DNA of 14,886 nucleotides from NCBI GenBank assembly GCA_046075565.1, contig JBJTQJ010000088.1, positions 1-14,886 on the forward strand, read 5' to 3'. The translations under genes and the position numbers were made by a program. Numbering within the stretch: the stretch's first letter is position 1; each line of letters begins with the position of its first letter. The notes under the pieces were generated by a model. The model saw only the letters and a program-made list of their open reading frames with translations. It was not told the DNA's origin and did not search any database. Shown in pieces: positions 8,558 to 14,793 of this stretch. Source of the stretch: Verrucomicrobiales bacterium (GTDB lineage Bacteria > Verrucomicrobiota > Verrucomicrobiia > Verrucomicrobiales > SLCJ01).

Positions 8558-9325
8558 TCATTCGGGCAACAATGAAAATTCCCATCCATCCTCCCGGCAG
8601 CGCTTGATGAGAAGCTCGAGGGTCGCCACTGAGTGTGCATGCCCTTGGTGCAACAGAATGATGCTTCCGGGCATGAGCCCGGCGAGGATCGCGCGGACGA
8701 TGGACTCCGGATCGCGGCGGCGGGTGTCGAAGCCGCGGGCATTCCAACCGAGCAGGCCGAGACCTTGCTCGCGAACCAGAGCCGGCAGAAACGGTCCTAA
8801 CAAACCGACCGGTGCGCGAAACCAACGTGGGGATTGACCGCTGGTGGCGGCGATCATTTGATTCCCTTCCCGAATCTCGCGGCGTTGGGCCGACGGTGGC
8901 ATGGCCCAGAAGGTGGTCGCCGGATGGGAGCGCGTATGATTTCCAATCTGATGCCCGGCCTCCGTGATGGCGCGGGCGAGATCTGGACTTGCCGCGGCGC
9001 GATCACCGATGAGGAAAAAACACGCTTTGGCTTGATGACTTTCCAGCACCTCAAGCATTGCCGGTGTGTCGTCCGTCGGGCCATCGTCGATAGTGAGATA
9101 GAGCATCTTTTTTCCCGTGGCCGGAAAGGATCGCCGGGCGCGGCCGAAGAACCATCCGTGGGGAAAGGCGATGCTGCGGATCATGACCACCGCGATGACG
9201 CCGAAGGCTATGGCAAGTCCGGTTGTGCCCCATGGCGCACCCGCGAGCAGTGGCAGCGCGTGCAAAAGCACCAGCCGCGTCCATGGGCGCGGGACCGCTG
9301 GCAAGTTCGCGGACGGAGCATTCAT
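8558..9325 (-). CDS. NodB/CE4 polysaccharide deacetylase with N-terminal membrane anchor
   Basis: CE4 motifs LTIDDGP, NHTRSH, WFRAPVG, IILLH; hydrophobic N-terminal segments. Start placed at ATG 9325 because the longer ORF from 9475 overlaps vapC. Confidence 0.92.
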   Translation of the reverse strand: MNAPSANLPAVPRPWTRLVLLHALPLLAGAPWGTTGLAIAFGVIAVVMIRSIAFPHGWFFGRARRSFPATGKKMLYLTIDDGPTDDTPAMLEVLESHQAKACFFLIGDRAAASPDLARAITEAGHQIGNHTRSHPATTFWAMPPSAQRREIREGNQMIAATSGQSPRWFRAPVGLLGPFLPALVREQGLGLLGWNARGFDTRRRDPESIVRAILAGLMPGSIILLHQGHAHSVATLELLIKRCREDGWEFSLLPE

Positions 9326-9351
9326 GGTTGGAGCGCGAGGAACATGCCCCT

Positions 9352-9732
9352 TCAAGGCTTTTGATAGGGCTCGATCAAATTTTTCACCATGGGAAAATGC
9401 CGGCTGTTCAGCGCGGCCAGTGGCATCGAGTGGAAAACGGCAGTCGCGGCGATGAGGCAATCCGCCAAACCGCACCCGCAGGAACTCCTAAAATCACGGC
9501 GGAACAACCCTCCCAACTCGCCAATCTCTTCCGTGACGGGAAGCACTATCAAAGCCGAAACCGTCCCCGCGAGCAGGGCCTTTTCATGCCCATCGCGGAC
9601 ACCTTGGAAAAGCTCCGCGACGGTAATTGCCGAGACGTTGATCCGGTCCACATTTCCATGCACGAACTCCACCGCCGCGGGATGGCCGCGCAGATAGTCA
9701 ATCATCACATCCGTATCGACCAGCATGATCAA
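9352..9732 (-). CDS. vapC: PIN-domain toxin (VapC family)
   Basis: LVDTDVMIDYL, SAITVAELFQG, LADCLIAATA and LNSRHFPM are PIN-domain acidic-residue motifs. Starts at TTG 9732 (overlapping the antitoxin stop) or ATG 9726. Confidence 0.92.
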   Translation of the reverse strand: MIMLVDTDVMIDYLRGHPAAVEFVHGNVDRINVSAITVAELFQGVRDGHEKALLAGTVSALIVLPVTEEIGELGGLFRRDFRSSCGCGLADCLIAATAVFHSMPLAALNSRHFPMVKNLIEPYQKP

Positions 9733-9959
9733 AAGCGGTCGAATTCCGCGCGCAGGTCGGGAAGGTTCAAGTCCTCACGGTCTTTCCAAACTCCGCAGGC
9801 AGCCTGCACCCGCCCGAGTCGATCCTGTGGCCCGAGTTTCTGCAAATACTGGTCGATGGCCTCTCGAATGATTTCGCTCTGCTTCCTGCCGGTCCGGGCC
9901 GCGACACGAGCCACTCCCTGAGCTTCGGCACGGGTTAGGTAGATCTGGGTTCGTGTCAT
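9729..9959 (-). CDS. vapB: Ribbon-helix-helix (CopG-like) antitoxin, VapB-type
   Basis: 76 aa; MTRTQIYLT beta strand, then helices with QSEIIREAIDQYL; C-terminal ACGVWKDRED; directly upstream of and overlapping the PIN gene. Confidence 0.88.
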   Translation of the reverse strand: MTRTQIYLTRAEAQGVARVAARTGRKQSEIIREAIDQYLQKLGPQDRLGRVQAACGVWKDREDLNLPDLRAEFDRF

Positions 9960-9993
9960 ACATCACGATGTATGATAAACTGGAATCTGTCAA
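9956..9993 (-). promoter_or_regulatory. vapBC promoter with palindromic operator
   Basis: Perfect 9-bp inverted repeat tcatacatc-ac-gatgtatga (9956-9975) covers the start codon. On the minus strand: TTGACA (9993-9988), 17-nt spacer, CATCGT (9970-9965), 5 nt, ATG. Confidence 0.7.
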
Positions 9994-10445
9994 CAGGCGG
10001 ATCGGGAGGTTCCTCTCGCAGCAAGTTCCGCCACGGTCAGCACGACGGCAACGATGGCGATGGCTCGCGGCCAACCGGGTTCGGTCGCCGCAACCATGCA
10101 GGTAGCAACCTGGACAGCGGCGAACCAGACCCTACCATTGATGGTCGGGGCGGTGAGGGCGTGTAAGGCGGCGGCGGCGAAGACTTCCATTTGCACGAGG
10201 GCGGGCACAACTAGCAACATCCAAAATGCTCCGGTTCCCGCGAAGGTGGCGGGAAAGACAACCACCAGCGCGGCGGCGGCCAGCGCGTAACAGAAGGCCA
10301 TGGCAAAAAACGCCTCCCCTTTCCTCGGCACCCGAGCGGGAAACAGAACCCCCTCTGGCGAAGACGCGCCCCTTCCCCCGGGGAACAACCGGGTAAGCGC
10401 GAACTGGCCGCGGCTATAGCGGGAGTTGTCGGCTTCAGGGTTCAT
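9990..10445 (-). CDS. Hypothetical integral membrane protein (about 4 hydrophobic segments)
   Basis: 151 aa, Ala/Val/Leu/Phe-rich segments; ATG overlaps the acyltransferase stop as ATGA (10445-10442). Confidence 0.7.
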   Translation of the reverse strand: MNPEADNSRYSRGQFALTRLFPGGRGASSPEGVLFPARVPRKGEAFFAMAFCYALAAAALVVVFPATFAGTGAFWMLLVVPALVQMEVFAAAALHALTAPTINGRVWFAAVQVATCMVAATEPGWPRAIAIVAVVLTVAELAARGTSRSAC

Positions 10446-11368
10446 GGTTTGGTGGCGGGTTCGACGAGTTGCTCGAAGGCGAGCCAGTGCGAAGGATTTT
10501 CCCGGACTGCGGCCGCGAGCAGCGATGTCCAGCGGGTGGCGAGATGGCGTGTGCCGGCTTCTTTATCGCGGTCCTCCCACGGCGGTTCGAGTGGAAAAAA
10601 GCGCACGCGGTATCGCCGGGGGCCGATGCGGCTCACGAAGACCGGAAGGCATGCAGCCCGGGCGGCGAGGGGCAAAACGAAGGGGCCTTTGGGCAAGCTC
10701 CAAGCGAGCCCATCGTGCTCGAAGCGGAAGGTGGAAAGTCCCTCCAGGGCCCGATCGGCCTGCACGGCGACCCATTCGCCATCTTGGAGGGCACGCAGCA
10801 ACGTGAGTGCGAGGCCGCTCTCGGGGCCGTCATTATAGTGAGTGGCATGGCGATCCCCAGCGAGGGCGGCGAGATTCTCTTCGCGGATCGCAAGCAGGCG
10901 GGCATTGGCTTCCGGTCGGCGCACGGTGTGCAGCCGCTTCGGTAGCCGCCGGGCGAAAAACGCCGCCGCCGCATCATAGCTGCCCATGTGAGCGGTCCAC
11001 AAAACGACGGGCAAGCCGCAGGTTTCGGCGGTGCGCACATTTTCGATGCCCTCCACTTCCCAGGACAGTGGGACGCCGTGTAGGGCGCGGTGGCCGTCGA
11101 TGGTCACGGCCCCGAACTCGGCAATAGCCCGCCAAGCCTGGAAGCCGGGATTTTTCACCCCGAGGGAGCGGAGATTTCCGGCGAGGTTGCCGACCGGCTT
11201 CCGGGCCGCGAGGCCGATGAGTCCGGACCAGAAGGAGTTGTAAATGCCTTCCAGATACCACGGGCAGGCTTCCAGTGTGGCGGTGAGCATCCTCCAGGGC
11301 ACATCGCCGGAAAGCCCCCAGCGCGCCGGAACTTCGGCGGTGGGCGGAGATTCGGCGGACACGGTCAT
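10442..11368 (-). CDS. LpxL/HtrB-family (lipid A lauroyltransferase-like) acyltransferase
   Basis: HX4D catalytic motif WTAHMGSYD, VAVQADR, GPFVLPLAARAACLPVF, C-terminal ENPSHWLAF. Start moved from TTG 11404 to ATG 11368 because the TTG is part of a TTGACA -35 box. Confidence 0.88.
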   Translation of the reverse strand: MTVSAESPPTAEVPARWGLSGDVPWRMLTATLEACPWYLEGIYNSFWSGLIGLAARKPVGNLAGNLRSLGVKNPGFQAWRAIAEFGAVTIDGHRALHGVPLSWEVEGIENVRTAETCGLPVVLWTAHMGSYDAAAAFFARRLPKRLHTVRRPEANARLLAIREENLAALAGDRHATHYNDGPESGLALTLLRALQDGEWVAVQADRALEGLSTFRFEHDGLAWSLPKGPFVLPLAARAACLPVFVSRIGPRRYRVRFFPLEPPWEDRDKEAGTRHLATRWTSLLAAAVRENPSHWLAFEQLVEPATKP

Positions 11369-11375
11369 GGGGGCG

Positions 11376-11404
11376 AGTTTCGCCAGCGGAATGTGGGATG
11401 TCAA
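11376..11404 (-). promoter_or_regulatory. Putative sigma70-type promoter for the acyltransferase operon
   Basis: TTGACA (11404-11399), 17-nt spacer, GAAACT (11381-11376), 7 nt, ATG 11368. Confidence 0.5.
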
Positions 11405-11440
11405 TCCCCGGCTAATCGGTGGCAGAAGTGGAAAATACGA

Positions 11441-11469
11441 TTGGCGACGGGGGCAAATGATGGCAGGAT
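11441..11469 (+). promoter_or_regulatory. Putative promoter for the halogenase-chorismatase-PagL operon
   Basis: TTGGCG (11441-11446), 17-nt spacer ending in TGG (extended -10), CAGGAT (11464-11469), 6 nt, GTG 11476. Confidence 0.45.
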
Positions 11470-11475
11470 CGGAGG

Positions 11476-13038
11476 GTGGAAGTGGAAGAATGCGACGTGC
11501 TCATCATTGGCGGGGCTTTGGCCGGTGCCAGCGCGGGCCTGCTCATCAAACGGCAGGTGCCCGGGGCGCGTGTCCTGATTGTCGAAAAATCCACCCGCAG
11601 TCCCTACAAGGTCGGAGAAAGCACCTCGGAAATCGCCGGATGTTTCCTCTCCCGCATCCTCCGGCTCGGCAGCTACCTTTCCCGTGAACAGATCGGTAAA
11701 AACGGCCTCCGTTTCTGGTTCCATGGCCAGGGCAACGAAAATCCGGCGGCCTGTGCCGAGATGGGGCCGAAACTCCAGACACGCTTACCCGCATGGCAGC
11801 TCGACCGTTCGACCCTCGACCCTCATGTTTTGTCGGAGGCCATCGCGGCCGGTTGTGAATTGTGGCGCCCGGCCAACGTGCGCGAAATCACCACTCCCGG
11901 AGATGGCGCGCCGAACACGATCTTGGTGAACAAGGAAAATGGCGAAGCCACCACCGTGAAAGCGCGTTGGCTAATTGACGCCAGCGGCAAAGCCGCCGTG
12001 CTCGCCCGTCAGCGCGGTTGGTTGGAAGAGCTTGCCGAGCATCCGACCAATTCCATGTGGACGCGATTCCGCGGTGTCGGCGATCTCGACTCGGAAGAAA
12101 TCGTCAATGAACACCCTGAACTTGCCAAACGTGTCTGGGCCCTGCGCGGCACCGCGACCAACCACCTCACCGGTCGCGGATGGTGGGTCTGGATCATCCC
12201 GCTCAAAGGCGGGGAAACCAGCGTCGGTATCACTTGGGATCGCCGGCTCTTTGAACCACCGAAGGAGGGATCGGTCGGTGAACGCTTGATCGCCCATCTG
12301 CGCGGTCATCCGGTGGGAAAATGGATGATGCGGAATGCCACGGTCGTTGAAGGCGACGCCCACCAATACAAACAACTCGCCTACCGCAGCCGGCATGTCG
12401 GCGGTGTCGGTTGGGCCATTGTCGGCGATGCGGCCGGATTCATGGACCCTCTTTACAGCCACGGCATTGATTTCATCGGCAACACTGTCTGGGCGGCCAC
12501 TCGATTGGTCGTTCGTTCACTTGGAGGCGAGGATGTCTCGAAGTGTGCCTTGGCCTACGACACCGGCTACCAGGAAAGCTACGAACGCTGGTTCCGCGCG
12601 CTATATCTCGACAAATACGAATACATTGGGGATGCCGAGTTGATGAATGCCGCCGTGTTGCTCGACGTCGGTTTCTATTTCCTCTGGCCGGTGCGCCTCG
12701 CCTATCGCAACCACGCCGAGGAACTCACCAACCTCCCCTATGCGGGCAAACCGGGAGGAGTGGTAGCCGCCTTCATGGCATTCTATAACCGCCGGCTTGT
12801 TGCCATCGCGCGGAAGCGGGTGGCATTCGGTTGTTATGGAAGGCGCAACACCGGCCACCATTTCATCTTCCGCGAAAGTTTTCATCCCAGCTTCAAAGTG
12901 CTGGGCCTCATCCGCGACGGGCTCTGGGCCTGGACCAAAGCCGAGGTCTCGACTTTGTGTCTTTCCCTGCGCGCGAGCCGCGTTCCCACTCCGACCTCGG
13001 CGACTGCGCCTGTTCCCGGTTCCAGCACCGCTACTTGA
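11476..13038 (+). CDS. Flavin-dependent halogenase-like FAD oxidoreductase
   Basis: Rossmann motif DVLIIGGALAG, KVGES, QIGKNG (candidate catalytic Lys), DASG, WWVWIIP (WxWxIP), GDAAGFMDPLYSHG (FxDPxxSxG). Alternative start GTG 11482 behind GGAGG. Confidence 0.88.
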   Translation: MEVEECDVLIIGGALAGASAGLLIKRQVPGARVLIVEKSTRSPYKVGESTSEIAGCFLSRILRLGSYLSREQIGKNGLRFWFHGQGNENPAACAEMGPKLQTRLPAWQLDRSTLDPHVLSEAIAAGCELWRPANVREITTPGDGAPNTILVNKENGEATTVKARWLIDASGKAAVLARQRGWLEELAEHPTNSMWTRFRGVGDLDSEEIVNEHPELAKRVWALRGTATNHLTGRGWWVWIIPLKGGETSVGITWDRRLFEPPKEGSVGERLIAHLRGHPVGKWMMRNATVVEGDAHQYKQLAYRSRHVGGVGWAIVGDAAGFMDPLYSHGIDFIGNTVWAATRLVVRSLGGEDVSKCALAYDTGYQESYERWFRALYLDKYEYIGDAELMNAAVLLDVGFYFLWPVRLAYRNHAEELTNLPYAGKPGGVVAAFMAFYNRRLVAIARKRVAFGCYGRRNTGHHFIFRESFHPSFKVLGLIRDGLWAWTKAEVSTLCLSLRASRVPTPTSATAPVPGSSTAT

Positions 13039-13056
13039 GAAGCATTCCATTCGACC

Positions 13057-13992
13057 ATGCAGGATTCACAGCCAACAGCACCTCGTCTAACCTTCGTCCC
13101 CGGAGCCAAGAGCCTCCGGGTGGATATCGATACCAATGGCATCCACTTCAGTTGCCCGATGCCCCGCCTTGCCGGACCGGAAAGCCAGTGCCTCGCCACG
13201 GGCGCATCCGTCCGCCAACTCGATGACGGGGCGCTCCTCGAAGGATCAGATGGCGACTTGTCGGGTGTGCTACTCGCCGAGGAAAACATTCCACTCGAGG
13301 AAGCCTCGGAAAAAATCTTCAACAGGCTGTTCTCCTTGCTCGACGGTCGTCACATCCGTCGCATCTGGAGTTTTGTGCCCGCGATCAATCAAAGGGTGGA
13401 CGGCAGGGAAAACTACCTGTCATTTAATGCCGGCCGACACAAGGCGTTCACGCGGCTCTGGGGAGAAATTCTACCCGACGCGCTGCCCGCCGCATCCGCC
13501 CTTGGCATTGATCGTGCACGACTCGGTCTCGCCTTTTCGGCAGGTTCCGCCGATGTTTCTCTTTTCGAGAATCCCCTTCAAGTTCCCGCCTGTCGGTATC
13601 CGGAGCGTTACGGCAAGTTGCCCCCGCTTTTCGCCCGCGGGTCGAGCAGCCATCATGACGGTCAGGAAGTCTGGCACCTCTCCGGGACCGCGAGCATCAA
13701 AGGATCCGACACCATCGGCTTGGACATCAACAAGCAACTTGCCACAACCATCGAGAACAGCCGCATCGTGATCGAGCGAATGGGTGTGCCCGCCGACCTC
13801 CCTGGTTGCTGGAAGGTTTTCCTGCGCCATGCCCACGACCTCGATGCCGCACGCGCCGCCTTGGAGAACGCTTGGCCGGGTGCTGCCCATCAATGGCTCT
13901 ATCTTCGCGCCGACATCTGCCGCTCCAGCCTGCTTGTGGAAGTCGAAGCCGCTTTTGATACCTCCATCCGCGCCGCCCTGGTCCACGCCTGA
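13057..13992 (+). CDS. FkbO/Hyg5/XanB2-family chorismatase (hydroxybenzoate-forming type)
   Basis: RIWSFVPAIN, ENYLSFNAGR, PAASALG, FENPLQVPACRYPERYGKLPPLFAR, LSGTASIKG and ADICRSSLLVEVEA are the conserved blocks of this family. Confidence 0.88.
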   Translation: MQDSQPTAPRLTFVPGAKSLRVDIDTNGIHFSCPMPRLAGPESQCLATGASVRQLDDGALLEGSDGDLSGVLLAEENIPLEEASEKIFNRLFSLLDGRHIRRIWSFVPAINQRVDGRENYLSFNAGRHKAFTRLWGEILPDALPAASALGIDRARLGLAFSAGSADVSLFENPLQVPACRYPERYGKLPPLFARGSSSHHDGQEVWHLSGTASIKGSDTIGLDINKQLATTIENSRIVIERMGVPADLPGCWKVFLRHAHDLDAARAALENAWPGAAHQWLYLRADICRSSLLVEVEAAFDTSIRAALVHA

Positions 13993-13998
13993 ATTCGA

Positions 13999-14586
13999 AT
14001 GAAAACGGCAATCTTCCTAACCGCAACCTGGTTTGCCCTCGCCTGTTTTCCAGCCCATGCGGTCGAACCAGCGGCTGACGCGGCCGACAAATGGTCGGTC
14101 GATTTTGAAACCGGAGCCATGTGGCGGGTTTCCAACAACACGTCGATCGATTACCTCGTTCTCCCTCAGATCATCAGTCTCCGCACTCCGGAACATATCC
14201 GCTTTGATCTTTTCGGCCGCGATCTGACCGTGCGCGCCCGCGCCAGTCTGCTCATCGAACCAATCGCGACCGGCCCCGAATCCCTCTATTTGGGTTTCTC
14301 CGCGAGTCCGTCCATCGAATGGTGGCTCGTGCCCGACACCGCCTGCTGGTATACCAGTGTCGGTGGAGGCTTCGGATGGATCGACAGCACGGATGTCCCC
14401 GGCGGACAGGGTCAGGATTTTACCTACAACTGGTTCGCCACTACCGGCCTGCGCTGGTATTTGCGCCCGGATTTTGCCGTCAATGCCGGGATATTTTTCC
14501 AGCACCTGTCCAACCGTGGAGCCACGGATCCGAATCCCGGGTTGGACTCCCTCGGCCCGATGATCGGTTGCACGTGGTCGTTCTGA
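13999..14586 (+). CDS. PagL-like outer-membrane beta-barrel acyloxyacyl hydrolase (lipid A 3-O-deacylase family)
   Basis: Signal peptide ending AHA; alternating beta-strand pattern; FQHLSN...NPGLDS (His-x-Ser plus acidic residue); terminal Phe typical of outer-membrane barrels. Confidence 0.82.
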   Translation: MKTAIFLTATWFALACFPAHAVEPAADAADKWSVDFETGAMWRVSNNTSIDYLVLPQIISLRTPEHIRFDLFGRDLTVRARASLLIEPIATGPESLYLGFSASPSIEWWLVPDTACWYTSVGGGFGWIDSTDVPGGQGQDFTYNWFATTGLRWYLRPDFAVNAGIFFQHLSNRGATDPNPGLDSLGPMIGCTWSF

Positions 14587-14673
14587 GTCGCTGGTTGAGT
14601 GGGGCGACACCACCAGATCTTCAAAGAGATCTGCCGCACCCCAACAGGGCACGCGGTTCGGAGCCGCGACAAC

Positions 14674-14706
14674 AAAAAAAGGAGTCCGGGCGTCCCGCCC
14701 TGAACT
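14674..14706 (-). terminator. Intrinsic terminator for a convergent (minus-strand) transcript
   Basis: Minus strand reads agttcagggcg-gga-cgcccggact-cc-TTTTTTT: a GC-rich stem followed by seven T. Confidence 0.5.
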
Positions 14707-14793
14707 TGTCCCAACCAGTGGCAGAATGCCTAATACTGTGAGTTTAGAACCAATAATCTTGGTCTTCTGGAATCTCATTCTCCAAATTGTAGG

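Noticed and set aside
9326-9475. N-terminal extension of the deacetylase ORF (305 aa from 9475)
   Set aside because: It overlaps the 3' end of vapC in another frame and has no CE4 features; ATG 9325 gives a normal-sized protein.
9352-10471. Similar C-termini of VapC (NLIEPYQKP) and the acyltransferase (QLVEPATKP) as a possible insertion scar
   Set aside because: DNA similarity is patchy, the two sites do not flank the TA module, and a PY.K ending is normal for this PIN subfamily.
6283-11368. Treating the dehydratase and acyltransferase as housekeeping fabZ and lpxL
   Set aside because: They lack the usual lpx/fab neighbours, are divergent in sequence and sit with a halogenase and chorismatase, so no gene symbols were assigned.
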